From assembly GCA_964016885.1 (NCBI GenBank), contig OZ024742.1, positions 62,372,001 through 62,436,000 on the forward strand: a stretch of DNA of 64,000 bases, in the 5' to 3' direction. Of the stretch, positions 42,100 through 56,702 are shown in pieces. The DNA comes from Eledone cirrhosa. Lineage: Eukaryota. How positions within the stretch are numbered: the stretch's first letter is position 1; each line of letters starts with the position of its first letter. The notes beneath the pieces were generated by a model that made no database searches, was not told the DNA's origin, and saw nothing but the letters and a program-made list of their open reading frames with translations. A program made the translations under genes and the position numbers.

Positions 42100-43228
42100 C
42101 TAGCAGAAGTACCCGGCGTTGCCCGGGACTAAGTCGACCTTTGGTCTGTTGTTAAAATGTTTGAAAGTTACTTCTCGCGCATCACAGGTGCAAAAACCTT
42201 CGAACCTCAAGGGAAAAAATAGTGGTTAGTATACGCAGGTGTGTAATTGAGCATAAATAATGGATCAATTGTAGGTTCAGAGTGTATCGTTGAAATTATT
42301 CTTTGCAAGAGTGACGGAAGTCAAATTAACTTGAAATTGAAATTTCTGTTGATTTTTAAAGCAGGGTGAAAAAGTCGAATTTTTCAAATTTTTTTTTTTT
42401 TTACAATTTTGGCGCTCACGTGTGCAGAAGAAGAAATAAAAGGGACTTTATCTGAATCGCGGCATAATGGACGAATCATTTGCGACAGTTTTCACGAAAA
42501 TCGGACGTTCCTGTAAAAAATTATCCCATCTGCAACTTTGCCTTGTTTTTTGCGCAAAGTCGAATCCCCGCTTCAGTTTTATTGATTTTTTACATGAATG
42601 TGTGACCTCTGAAGTAGATTTGAGTAGCTAAAGACCTGTCCCGGTAAATTTGCTATATGTGAAAAAAAGTTGATCAAAATTGCGTCTAGGGTTATTGCCC
42701 TTTGCAACAGCCTCAAGAACATGTAATTAAAAAGATTTACCATGGACTATCGTACAGGTTGGTATTGTGTTTAGCCTGCGAAAATCGGTGATCAAATGAG
42801 GCAACAATAAGCCATACTGATGACGTTTAAGCGGGTGGCAAGGAATTGATGCGGCATAGATAGCCATGGGAGTCTTGAAGGAGCACGGCGGTCAGGCAAA
42901 AGAAAGGGCCGAGGAGGGGATAGTGGCTGACAGTGCACGGAGGCGGCATCCTGAGGTGATCCAATTATCGAATTTTCGAAAATTTAATTTAGCGCACGTT
43001 TATCCCCGAATCAAAATACACACTTGCGTCGAGTTTCATCGATTTTTGAAAATATCGATTTTTGGCTTCTGGGGTCCCGATTGTCGATTTTTCGAAATTT
43101 TCAAGTAGCCTATTCCACTCTACGCGTTGAGTTTTATATATGTGTGAGGTGTCATGAAAATTGGATGAACGGTGTAGCATGTAAGTTGGGAACACCAAAC
43201 AATGCCCATCTTCACTTTATATATAAGA
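42100..43228 (-). mobile_element. Non-autonomous Helitron
   Basis: On the - strand: 5' TCttatatataaagtg, 3' hairpin cccgggcaacgccggg then CTAG|T; 5' ~270 bp repeated at 43986-44254. Confidence 0.85.
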
Positions 43229-43370
43229 TATATATATATATATGTGTGTGTGTGTGTTTGTGTATATATATATATATGTATATATATATGTATATATATA
43301 TGTATATATATATATATGTATATATATATGTATTTATGTATATATATATGTATATATATATATATATGTT

Positions 43371-43431
<61 letters not shown>

Positions 43432-43540
43432 GTGTGTGTATGTGTATATACATACATATACATATATATATATATAGAGAGAGAGATATTCTTGATGATT
43501 TCTAAAGAATGAAACAGTTCTAGTCCTGTAGAATCTCATC

Positions 43541-43571
<31 letters not shown>

Positions 43572-43677
43572 GTATGTATATACACATACACACATACACG
43601 CGCATATATATAACTATATATATATATATATACATACACACTCACATATATATATATATATACACTCACATATATAT

Positions 43678-43760
<83 letters not shown>

Positions 43761-44246
43761 TACATATATACATAACTATATATGTGTGTTTATCTATCTA
43801 TGTATTTTATCAGCAGGCAGGAGGTGTGGCTGCGCCAGTGAGGTGGAAGAGAGGGAAAGAGAGTATATACATTACTATATATATGTGTGTTTATCTATCT
43901 ATGTATTTTATCAGCAGGCAGGAGGTGTGGCTGCGCCAGTGAGGTGGAAGAGAGTAAGTTAGAGTTGTCCTGACTTTTGCCTCTGGTGATCCAATTATCG
44001 ATTTTTCGAGAATTTAATGTAGCGCACGTTTATCCCCGGATCAAAATACACACTTGCGTCGTGTTTCATCGATTTTTGAAAATATCGAATTTTGGCTTCT
44101 GGGGTCCCGATTATCGATTTTTCGAAATTTTCAAGTAGCCTATTCCACTCTACGCGTTGAGTTTTATATATGTGTGAGGTTTCATGAAAATTGGATGAAC
44201 GTGTAGCATGCAAGTTGGGAACACCAAACAATGCCCATCTTCACTT

Positions 44247-44326
<80 letters not shown>

Positions 44327-44328
<2 letters not shown>

Positions 44329-45118
44329 CAAATAGTTGAGAGGGAAAAGATTTTCTCAGTAGAAAATGCTGAAGAGATTATTTCAGTATAATATCAGAAC
44401 ATTTATTTATTTATAAAATGGATATTTCTGCATTTAATAGTGGTACCGGTTTCAGCATTATATGGATTGTCAGCTGCGGATATGCATAATGTAATTATGT
44501 TGCATATTTATGCGAATAATAAAAAGGGGAAAAAATTATTAGTTTTTACATACATATTTAGAGAGGAAAGTTCATATTTCTGTCTGTGGTTGTCCTTCTT
44601 TCTCTGTTAGTTGGCTGACAGAAGTAGTAGTTTTAATTTTTTGGGTTTTGACTGGTAGTAGTAGGGGGAGAGGTGGAGGAGAGGGAGAATGAGGAGGAGA
44701 GGGGGAAGTGGTGTGGGGGGAGAAGAAGGAGGAGACAGCGTATAAGTGTGGTAGCAGTCTGTTGTGGTGAAAGGCAATTTCAAAAGTGGCTACAAAAGCG
44801 AGCTGAGATTGGTTTAAATCGTTGAATGACCTTAGATTTGACTGGGGATGTCAAAGAAAGACAAACACAGATAGAGATATGAACTTTCCTCTCTAAATAT
44901 ATATGTAAATTTTCTTCCCCTTTTTATCATTCGTATAAATATGCAACATAACTACAGTATGCATATCCGCAGTTGAAAAAGCATATAATGCTGAAACCGG
45001 TATTATTAAATGTGGAAATATCCACTTTATAAATAAATAAATGTTTTGATATTATACTGAAAGAATCTTTTCAGCATTTTCTATTGAAATAATCTTTTTT
45101 CCCCTCTACTATTTGTTT
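44327..45118. mobile_element. Fold-back element, ~260 bp arms
   Basis: 44327-44588 is the reverse complement of 44866-45118; motif (C/T)TGA.AA..GCAT ata ATGC-tGAAACCGGTA in the arms. Confidence 0.85.
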
Positions 45119-45160
45119 TTTTTATATATATCAACTCGTGTGTTACTTTCCTACATAACG

Positions 45161-45196
<36 letters not shown>

Positions 45197-45294
45197 CATA
45201 TGTATTTATATATATGTGTGTTTAATGGTAGCTAGGATGCTTCCATAGGCGGTATGCCAGTTGAGCACTCTATGTTCTATACAGAACAGAATGT

Positions 45295-45445
45295 GATATA
45301 ATATAAAAAAAGAAAAATAAGTGATGCATCTAGACTCAGTTTATTGCGTGTTACAATTATTTCGCCGGCAGATAGTTTGAGACAATTGTAAACCGCAATG
45401 AACTGAGTCTAGATGCATCATTGATCTTTCCTTTTTTTATATTAT
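45295..45445. repeat. 150-bp hairpin
   Basis: tgatgcatctagactcagtt..ttgcg versus cgcaa..aactgagtctagatgcatca. Confidence 0.85.
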
Positions 45446-45467
45446 ATATATATTTATATATTTATAT

Positions 45468-45519
<52 letters not shown>

Positions 45520-45524
45520 TATAT

Positions 45525-45600
<76 letters not shown>

Positions 45601-45604
45601 ATAT

Positions 45605-45646
<42 letters not shown>

Positions 45647-45665
45647 ATATATTATATATATATTA

Positions 45666-45713
<48 letters not shown>

Positions 45714-45735
45714 ATATATATATATATATATCTAA

Positions 45736-45766
<31 letters not shown>

Positions 45767-45778
45767 CTATTATATATA

Positions 45779-45978
45779 NNNNNNNNNNNNNNNNNNNNNN
45801 NNNNNNNNNNNNNNNNNNNNNNNNNNNNNNNNNNNNNNNNNNNNNNNNNNNNNNNNNNNNNNNNNNNNNNNNNNNNNNNNNNNNNNNNNNNNNNNNNNNN
45901 NNNNNNNNNNNNNNNNNNNNNNNNNNNNNNNNNNNNNNNNNNNNNNNNNNNNNNNNNNNNNNNNNNNNNNNNNNNNNN
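45779..45978. other. Assembly gap (200 N) after a long (TA)n tract
   Basis: Run of N. Confidence 1.
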
Positions 45979-46475
45979 GGCTTTGATAAGTTCTCTATTG
46001 GTTACAAGTATGTCTATTTTAAATAGCTCATGATACATTGCACACAAATGTGTATGCATATAAAGCAAATGAATAACACACACACATGTTCCCTCCCATA
46101 TATATATATATATCATCATCATCGATTAATGTCTATCTTCCACACTAGCATGGATTAGATGGGGACCATGTCTTGCTCATATAGCTGATTTTCAACAGCT
46201 GGATGCTCTTTCTAATGCCAACCACATTGACAGCGTGTACTGGGTACTTTTTGCCATGTCTTTTACATGTCTACTCTACAGTGTTGGCTGGGTGTTTGGG
46301 GGCTGGTTTTCTACAGCTGGATGCCCTTCCTAACGCCAACAACATTTACAGTGTGTGCTGGGTGCATTTTGCCATGCCTTTTACATGTCCACTTTAGAGT
46401 GTAGGCTGAGTGCTTGTCGTGACATCTACACGGTCACTATACAGTGTGGGCTGGATGTTTTGTTGTACTAGTATA

Positions 46476-46517
<42 letters not shown>

Positions 46518-46540
46518 GCACATATCCTGATAATGATACA

Positions 46541-47107
<567 letters not shown>

Positions 47108-47739
47108 GTATATTTACTCCAAATACTTGTCGAGTGCTTTATATCAGTTATAAAAATATTTGCTTGTTGTATCCCAACAATTTAAATAGAACTTTTGCAT
47201 ATATATATATATATTTGCGTGCATAGACATATACCATATAGGTAATATACATACACATATCATATACACTTCATATATATATATATACACACATAAATAT
47301 ATTATCAACCTCGTAAATTAGCGTACATCATGGGTAGGAGGGATTACCCTTGTTTAGCTCACCCGGGGCGGATTTTGACTTGGTTTCTACAGCTGGGTGC
47401 CCTTCCTACCACCAACCACATTCACAGTGTGTGCTGGGTGCTTTTTGCCATGTCACCTACACGAACACTTTGCAGTGTGGACTGGGCACCATTGTCATGT
47501 CACCGACACGACCACTTTACAGTGGGGTCTGGACACTATGTCTTGGGGTTAGGGAGGGGGAGGAAGCTTGAGGGTAAATGTGAACAGGGTAGTAGGGGAG
47601 GTATCGTTACTGCTAAGGGAGGTGAATGAGAGGGGATAGAAGGTTGAAGAAGGCGTTGCCTACTAGGTATAAGTCTCATCCTGAGAATAATAGAGGGCGG
47701 GTTATCTGTAAAACTGCATAGCACCAGAGGTCGCGGTCC

Positions 47740-48290
47740 TATGTCATTTCCTTTGAGAGGTGTAATTGCGCAAGGTCAGCTTTTATTACCTATCCCAAGT
47801 CTTCCCAGGCCTGCCCACACCACGGCTACCATCGACTTTGAGTGCTCTGCACCTTATTATACAGCTGTCATCATTCATACGCATCACATGTCCATACCAA
47901 CACAATCTCTTCTCCTGCATGCAACAACTGATCCTCTTATGCCTAATTTCTCATGCAGTGTATCTATACTTTGTCGTTCACGTATATCACTATTGCACAT
48001 CCAGCGAAGCAGACAAGCTTCATTTCTTTCCAATCTTTGCAGGTCTCCACACACAGTGCCCTTGTCTCGCTGTGGTGCAACATTGTTGTTTGTACACATG
48101 CATCATGCAGTCTGCCTTTCATTTTGAAAGAAAAACCCTTTGTAGTTAGTAATGGTAGTTGCTCCCTGAATTTTCTCCAACCCGATTTCACTCTGGTTTC
48201 TGTGCTTTCAGAACTTCCTCCCCAACTACTGATTTGGTCATCCAGGTAATGGAAACTATCTACAACTTCAACCGAGCCCTCTGAGTATTT
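47740..48290 (-). mobile_element. RTE LINE RT C-terminal fragment
   Basis: SGWRKFREQLPLLTTKGFS..GRLHDACV...LERNEACLLRWMC. Confidence 0.85.
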
Positions 48291-48349
48291 GAAGATGGTT
48301 TATCTTAAGGTTCAAGGCGTGGACAGATTTCGCTACATATATCCGTTGT

Positions 48350-48626
<277 letters not shown>

Positions 48627-48714
48627 TGTAAAAGGTAAACAGAAATAATAACATAATCGGTACAGTATATGGAAGGTATATATTAGGTTAACGCTTGATA
48701 TAGCAGGAAGAGGG

Positions 48715-48750
48715 TCTTAACGTTTCGGACACTAGTCCTTCATCAGAAGA
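48715..48750 (-). ncRNA. Canonical minimal hammerhead motif
   Basis: tctt-CTGATGA-a-GGAC tagt GTCC-GAAA-C GT T-aaga; palindromic, loopless stem III (AACGTT). Confidence 0.75.
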
Positions 48751-49138
48751 AAGAATTAGAAATAAAATAGATTGAGGGGACGGGCGGGATGGAAATGGAA
48801 AGAGTGTCTTTAGATAAAAATAACAGGTCCATTCATGTTGACATCTCTTGTATGAAATGTCTGCACCTTAAAAACCAGGAAGATCCCAAATCAGAGCCTT
48901 GATACATGGTGCAATATAGATTGGGTATATTAATGAGCTAGATATTCGACACCATAAACGAGCAGTAACACCAGAATAGGCTTAAAGAGGTTAATAGCCG
49001 AAATCACTCGTAATCACGTTTGCCAAAACGTTCTTAAGGTTGGCCACACTGCCTTCAGTGCTCCCGTACTCTTGTGGTTACGTAACTGAGGTTTTATCTT
49101 GATTGCTTCAGTTTTCTTTCTTGTGTTACATAGTAGAC

Positions 49139-49505
49139 ATGGCCGCTCCACTGTCAGCGTGTACCATGGAGGAAAAGAAATCAATGATCCAATTTATCAG
49201 GTCTGAACGTGTGTCAGGCTTTGATATTCATCGCAAGCTTTCAATACAATCCGGGGTCGGCGCTCTGCTGCTTAGAAGTGTGTATGAGTGGACCAGGTAG
49301 TTTAGCAATGAACGAACAAGCATGAAGTATGAAGAGGGAGCATGACGTCCATCAGCCTCCACCAATAACGGAAAGATTCAACAAGCTTGAGGGATGGTTT
49401 TGGCAAACCGATGAGTGACCATCAATGAGATGGCATGTTCTTTGCACATTATTCATGGGTCTACATATGAAATCGTCCACGTAAAGTCTGTGCGAGGTGG
49501 ACGTC
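49139..49505 (+). mobile_element. Mariner transposase N-terminal remnant
   Basis: MIQF..SE..S..DIHRKL...G...L..RSVYEW...RPS...VT INEMA.SL.I.HGSTYEIVH, with stops. Confidence 0.85.
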
Positions 49506-49597
49506 AAGAGAGCTTTAACGAAGGGTTAAAAAATGAAAAGTTAGATGGTTATATGCGGTTATTAGAAATGATTATAACAAGTATAATAAGAATACTA

Positions 49598-50265
49598 TGT
49601 AATAACGAAAATATAAAGAATAAATGATTTGGTTATATATAGTTTACTTTATGTGAATCAATTAAAAGGTACATATAAAACAGTTACCAAGAGTTGTTAA
49701 TGTAGTTATTGCTGCTGATGTGAGGCTATTGTAGTCTATTGTTGTTGTTGGTGTGAAAACAGCCAGCGACAGATAATTGTTGTTGTTGTTGGAGTGAAAA
49801 CAGCGAGCGACAGATAATTGTTGTTGTTGTTGTTGGAATTTGGAGTCCGTGGTAGTAGTTGTGAGACCTTAGAGAGAGAGAGATGTGGTTTGTATTTCTC
49901 TGAATAGTCTGTAATTGGCTCCAATCTCTGTGTGTGTATCTGTAGACCTCATGGGATCTGTTGATAGTGGTGAATCCTTACATAGTTGGTTGCTAGCGTA
50001 ATGCTCCGATGTCTCTGGCTTTTCTGTAGACCTCTGGGTTCTGAAGTTAGCGGTTAATCTTTACATAATTAGTTGTGTAGCCTATCACTCCGATGTCTCT
50101 ATTTTTAAAGTGGGGAAATATAGGCTTTATATAGCTATCGCTCCTGTCTCCTCACCTTGAGGGGATAGCCAACGCGTCAAGCTGTCTATACCAAAAAGGG
50201 TGTTGACCTAGAATTTAAACTTTAGGTATCATCCAAAGTTCAAGGCGCGGACAGATTTCGCTACA
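49598..50265 (-). mobile_element. Possible solo LTR
   Basis: TG...CA ends, TATA-like ctatataaag on the - strand; terminal ~28 bp repeated at 48310-48337; no target-site duplication found. Confidence 0.35.
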
Positions 50266-50689
50266 AGCTTACCGAAGCATATAAGTTCAATTGTGCAGAT
50301 ATCAGTCAACTGTTAATTCTGGCGTTGGTGTATCAGTTGATCTTGTTTTAAAAGGCATTGATCAAATGTGTCTAGCTGAAATATTTGCGTGTATATGAGT
50401 TTATGAGTGTATGTGTGTGCGTGTGTGTTAATTGTTGGCCGGTGCGTGTTGTTGTTGTTGGTCTGTCAAACTGTATGTGTATTTCTGACCGAGATTAGGG
50501 GTAGAGAAGTAAGGGTGAGTGTATGTGTGCCAAATTAAGTAAATTGTTTGATCAGCACTGTCAACACTAGCAATGAAACCTCACATTATGATGAGCTTGT
50601 ACTTGTATGGAACAATGGAGACCACTGTGTGAAACTAATCACAAAATATTACGATATCCTGCTCAGATGAATTGGGACGTAACTCCCAC

Positions 50690-51530
50690 TATTGTAACAG
50701 AGGCGTTGTTTGCTAGATCCAGAGAGTCATGATACGATCATTGACACCTTTGGGAAATGATGTTAGGGATCTAGCAATGTCAGATCTAATGATAAAACCA
50801 ACACCAAGCTGACGGTTGTTTTCATCACTTCTAGACGAGAAGATTGTACTATTGTCCCAGTTCTTCTATTTGGGACGTACCAAGGTGTCAGGTTTCACTT
50901 ATGACACAAATATCGATGTTATATCTGTTGAGTGCATTGAAGATGAGCGTTGGTCTTCGCTCCAGATCTGAAATGCTGTTCCGGAATTTTCTCACATTCC
51001 AGGAACAAAAATTAAAATTTGTTTCAACCGCATATTTAGATAATCAGAGAGCCGTGGTTTACTGCCAGGTTAAAAGACTGAGCCAGCATTTGTTTAGGGC
51101 TTCTTTTACCGTTCCCTTCCTATGTTGGGAAAGCAGTGTTATGTCTAAAAAGACATACTTTGTCACTATCAGAGGACATAAACAGCCCACCTTGCTCATA
51201 TTTGTGCATGAACGGCCTTCATCTGACGGTGGCCACTGTAGAGCACCAGCTAAGGACTTCCTGTAATACACTTTACATGTCCAGAGCTGTTGAGCTACTC
51301 ACACAAATGTATTGTTTATAGTGGTGAAGTCTTGTGTTGGACCAAATACACTTTTCAGAAGTATTGATGACAAAGGATTTGGGCAAAGGTTTGTCACAGA
51401 CACAGTGAACAACACACTTCAGATATTTGATGGGTGTTGGATCTGAAGAGTTCTTTCGCTCATTGACCGGTTTTGTATTTCTTCCCGGATGGATGGTGGA
51501 CTGGCCGGTTTAGTCCCCGACGACCCGACC
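50690..51530 (-). mobile_element. RTE LINE 5' region with APE endonuclease remnant
   Basis: FCSWNVRKF...LNRYNIDICVISET...GVGFII...GVNDRIMTL. Confidence 0.75.
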
Positions 51531-52225
51531 ATATATATATAAGACAGTAAATAGAGAAAGGTACACAAAGAGGTGTATGTTCAAGTATAGGGGACATAAT
51601 ACCACATGAGTGCAAATCATATAATCTACGAATATAATGGAAAATGCTCAAGAATTAAAAGGATTAATTAAAGTGTACAGACCATTGTTTATACCTATAT
51701 TTCCTGGACACACTGGAAGCATGTTTCGCCACAAAATAAATGTAGAATCATACCGCTGATGGCTTATCAACAATAGGAAACAAACGATATGATCCACACT
51801 TCTAAATTTATAATAGACGAATAGAAAGACCGCATGGTCTAGAAAGAAAAACCGTGTGCTATACCTCACATGGTGGTGTGAATGGACATAAAGAACGCTA
51901 AAAATAGCAACCGAAACCTATTCAGCTTAAAAGGGTCAACACACACATCTCTTTGTGTACTTTTCTCTATTTACTGTCTTATAAAGAGCTCGGGTCTATC
52001 CCTTGAGCTCATTAAATTATAGGGTATCAATGTGAGTCTTTAACTCGATTTTTTAGTTGATATACATGTAGATAGAATAATGAAAAAGACGATTTGTTTT
52101 GTATTCATTACATTTATTGAGTAGTGGCTCCTGTTTCGCTATCGATCAGCTGAAGGTTCGATCTGTATTGATCTAGCCCGACTCTGGAATCAAAAGCTCG
52201 TCGTATCTCACTTGTGGTAATGACA

Positions 52226-52297
<72 letters not shown>

Positions 52298-52353
52298 AAA
52301 AGAAATCAAAGAACGCCTACACACTCATACAATTTTAATTTGCTAACATGTTT

Positions 52354-52394
<41 letters not shown>

Positions 52395-52557
52395 TTGGCC
52401 TGCCCGCCCAGCCAGTGGGATGGCGTCATCGTATGGCTGTGATCAGCGGCGCCGATTGCCGCCCGACAGACTGGTGGGTCAAGGTGATCAAGGTGATATA
52501 TGCGTTAATAAAATTATTTGAAGTGTCATCTTTGGTCTGTTGCTTGAATTAAAAAAA

Positions 52558-55500
52558 TATATATATAAACGTTTGTATTTGTAAAGCCAAAACAATGCAG
52601 GTCTGGATATAGAATATAAATGCAAATGCAAAAGATAATGTTGACAATTAGTCTTTTACCTTAAATTTATTTAAATATCCTTAATTTTCGAGATAATATC
52701 TCTTCTTCGGAAGTAAGTAAAGTTGTTAAACCAGCGTTCTAAATAGCTTGCCAAGTCATGCTCACAGGAAATGGTATAGGGAATCTGTTCTATCTCTAAT
52801 GTCAAAGAGTGAAGGTTAGGTGGATAAAGAGTAGTCTCCCTTTAAAAGGGGTTTTGTACATGTATGTTTAAGTGTGTGGGAGAATACGTGAAGTGTAAGT
52901 ACGTGTGTGTGTGAGTGTGAGAAGATATGTCTATACGTGAATGTGGGGGATAGATGCTCTATCGTATTAAAACTGGTCTTTGTGTGTGTGAGAGAGAATA
53001 AGTGGAGGTGTAAGCGTGTGTATGTGTGTGTGTGTGCGTGTGTGAGTGCGGGTGCGTGTCTGTGAGAGGGGGTGTAAGTATGGGGCTATGTGCTCTATCC
53101 AGTTATAAATTGGGTGTTGAGTTCTAGTCTATTATTGATTGGTGGTTGTGTTTTGTCTATAATCAGTGCTTCCTTAATTCTAAGATTGCCGAGGTTTCTT
53201 TCCTTAGTTTCTATCCTAACTGTTATGTTTTGTCAGTGTTTTTGAATTTCACTAGGTGTTTCTTAAATGAGGAAGTGTTAGTATTGAGGTGTACTTTTAT
53301 TCTTATGTGAAGTGGTCTGGTGGTGCTACCTACGTAGAAGTAGCTGCATTTGTCGCACTCTAAACTGTATACCACGTAAGCCTGGTGGCATAGGTCTGTG
53401 TCGTTGATGGAGCAGTTGGCTAGCCTGCAGCGACTGTCATGTCTGGTGGAGTGTCTTTTGGTTACCTGTCCGCGTAGAGAAGGTCCTGAGTGGGCTAGTT
53501 GGATATCTAGTCGCTCTCGTCTGATAGCTCTGCGGATGGCTGTTGTTGTTTCCTCACTGAAGTGTGGGAGCTTCAGGAAGCAGGTGTTAGTGCCTCGGGT
53601 GTGGTGTCCTCTGTTCTTTCTGGCACGGTTCTTGGTGGACGTCGGGTATCCGTTCAGTTTGAGTACTTCCAGGAAATGTGTGGTGTGTGTGTGTCGGTCT
53701 CTAGAGTCTGTGCATTTGTTCCGGATACGTGTTAGTTCGTTCCTTATGTATCCGAACTTAGCGCCGGGTGGGAGGGCCGATCTGAAATGTACAAACAGGT
53801 TCCTGCTGGCGGCTTTTTTATAGAAGCAGGTGTGGATGTTGTCTTCGTCTGTTACCCTGAATTGGAAGTCCAGTAGGGATAAGGATCCGTGGTCATCGGG
53901 GTGTTCCATGCTGAACTTTATATTGGCGTCCATGCTGGAGAATGTCGTGTATATTTTATCCACCTCCTCACGGAATGAAGTAAGGATGAGTATGTCATCT
54001 ACATATCGGGTGAAGAAGGTATGGGAATGGCAGGTGTTGGGGGCTCAGCATTCTAGCTGGTTCATATAGGTGATAGCGAGCAGGCCCGATAGGCTGGATC
54101 CCATGGGTAATCCTGTTGTCAGTCTGTATGTGTGGTGGTGGAAGGTGAAGTACGTGTTGTCCACTGTGAAGAACAAAAGCTGGTGTATGTCCGTAGGATG
54201 AAGGCCGTAGCAGTGGATGTCTTCTGCAACCACGCAGTCCGCCAATAAATCGACAGCTGGATGAGCGGGGACTGTAGTGTAGAGGGAGGCAACGTCGAGG
54301 CTAAAGGCGTATCTATTTAGTTTAAGTTGTTCTGGTTGGAGTTGGTGTAGTCTACGTATGACTTCGTCGGAGCTACTGACATGCCCGGGAAAGGTGGAGA
54401 GTAGAGGCTTGAGGACCTGGGAGAGGAGCCAGGAGATTTTGTATAGGGGTCCTTCTATGCTAGAAACGATGGGTATTATTTGCGTCGTAGTACTATTCTT
54501 GTGGGTCTTGAGACACACGCACCACACATTTCCTCGAAGTACTCAAACTGAACAGATACCCAACGTTCACCACGAACCGTGCCAGAAAGAACAGAGGACA
54601 CCACACCCGAGGCACTAACACCTGCTTCCTGAAGCTCCCACACTTCAGTGAGGAAACAACAACAGCCATCCGCAGAGCTATCAGACGAGAGCGACTAGAT
54701 ATCCAAGTAGCCCACTCAGGACCTTCTCTACGCGGACGGCTAACCAAAAGACACTCCACCAGACATGACAGCCGCTGCAGGCTAGCCAACTGCTCCATCA
54801 ACGACACAGACCTATGCCACCAGGCTTAAGTGGTATACAGATTAGAATGCAACAAATGCACCAACTTCTACGTAGGTAGCACCACCAGACCACTTCACAT
54901 AAGAATAAAAGAACACCTCAATACTAACACTTCCTCATTTAAAAAACACCTAGTGAAATGCAAAATCACCGACAAAAACATAACAGTTAGAATAGAAACT
55001 AAGGAAAGAAACGTCGGCAATCTTAGAATTAAAGGAAGCACTGATTATAGACAAAACAACCACCAATCAATAATAGACTAGAACTCAACACCCAATTTAT
55101 AACTTGATAGAGCACCTAGCCCATACTTACACCCCACCCCCCATACACACACACGCACTCACACACACACACACACATACACGCGCGCGCTTACACCTCC
55201 ACTTATTCTCTCACACGCACACATACACACACACATACACACACAAAGACCAGTTTTAACACGATAGAGCGTCTATCCCCCACATTCACGTATAGACATA
55301 TCTTCTCACACTCACACACACACACACACATACTTACACCTTCACGTATTCTTCCACACACTTAAACATACATGTACAAAACCCCTTTTAAAGGGAGACT
55401 ACTCTTTATCCACCTAACCTTCACTCTTTGACATTAGAGATAGAACAGATTCCCTATACCATTTCCTGTGAGCATGACTTGGCAAGCTATTTAGAACGCT

Positions 55501-55670
55501 GGTTTAACAACTTTACTTCCCTCCGAAGAAGAGATATTATCTCGAAAATTAAGGATATTTAAATAAATTTAAGTTAAAAGACTAATTGTCATCATTATCT
55601 TTTGCATTTGCATTTATATTATATATCCATACCTGCATTGTTTTGGCTTTACAAATACAAACGTTTATAC
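52558..55670 (-). mobile_element. Penelope/Poseidon-type PLE with inverted 3' duplicate
   Basis: - strand RT (FSLDVASLYT, GLPMGSSLS, RYVDD) and GIY-YIG (VVY...YVGST.RPL..RI); 54515-55670 (+) is the reverse complement of 52558-53690. Confidence 0.92.
55518..55556 (+). ncRNA. Variant hammerhead motif in pLTR
   Basis: CCGAAGA-a-GAGAT att ATCTC-GAAA-ATTA-agga; mirror copy at 52678-52712 (-). Confidence 0.55.
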
Positions 55671-56702
55671 CTCATTACACAATGCTTCAAGTGAACTATA
55701 ACTTCCTCCTTATATATATATATATATAGAATAAGGAAAAGCGAAGTAGTTTCAGATGTTCAAGTCCTTTAATAATAATGCTATGATATATATTTCAGTG
55801 ACGACACTGGCCACACTGTTCTGTGCGCGAGTGTCGTGTCATCATCAGACAGCTTGTTACATAATAAGGTTATGTTTCCGAGGCAATCCAAATTGGATCG
55901 ACGAGGGAACGGATGAATTGCGTGTTCTTGGGTTTTTCATCCGCTTCCTTATGAGTACCAATTCAGCCCCACTGGCCTGCGCAAGCGCATGTCCGAAGGA
56001 AGTTGACCATTCGCCACCGCAGACTTCAACGAAATTTGCTTAGTCAGTTCACCCTGTCATCCAAAACAATGGCCCACCAATACCTGTACCATATTTTACT
56101 GCTACCCATCACGGCTGTGGCAGTCAGCCGAGAGCCAGAGGGGATTGGAGAGTGTTAGTTTTTACAGGTCATAATACTACCCCTCACTAAGTGTTGACGG
56201 TACGACTAACTATCACCTTATAAGGGAAAATAAACTTATTCTAGGTATCATGGTTTTACGTTGGAAGTTAAGAGTGAGAGTTTGAAATAAAAATTAAAAT
56301 CCTAGATCAAATATCAGAAATTATAAATTAAACAATTAAGAAATTAACAATTAGAAATTAACGAATTTAAGAAAAAATTCTTTTCAGGTGATAATTCGGA
56401 TTGAGGTGAGTAAAAATATAGACTGAAGTGAGTAAATAATATGGAGAGAGGTGTTTAAGTAATATGTTCTGAGAGGGATTCTAGTGTCACAGTTACTCTA
56501 TCCACATATTGAACGACGGTGTCGTACATTATAACTACAGGGCTCTAGGCATTAGTGAATCTGGTACACAGTCCAAATTTCCATCACATGGAACAAAATC
56601 AAAGAAAAACAGACATAAAGTACACAAAGGAGAAGAACAGAACCAACAGTGAATAAATGCAAAAACACAGAGTACATATATGATCCATATGATTGTCCAT
56701 CT

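Noticed and set aside
51465-51530. HDV-like ribozyme at the RTE 5' end
   Set aside because: GC-rich hairpin present but I could not build the nested double pseudoknot
55730-56530. Possible LTR or exon in a GC-richer stretch
   Set aside because: No partner repeat, target-site duplication or recognisable protein motif
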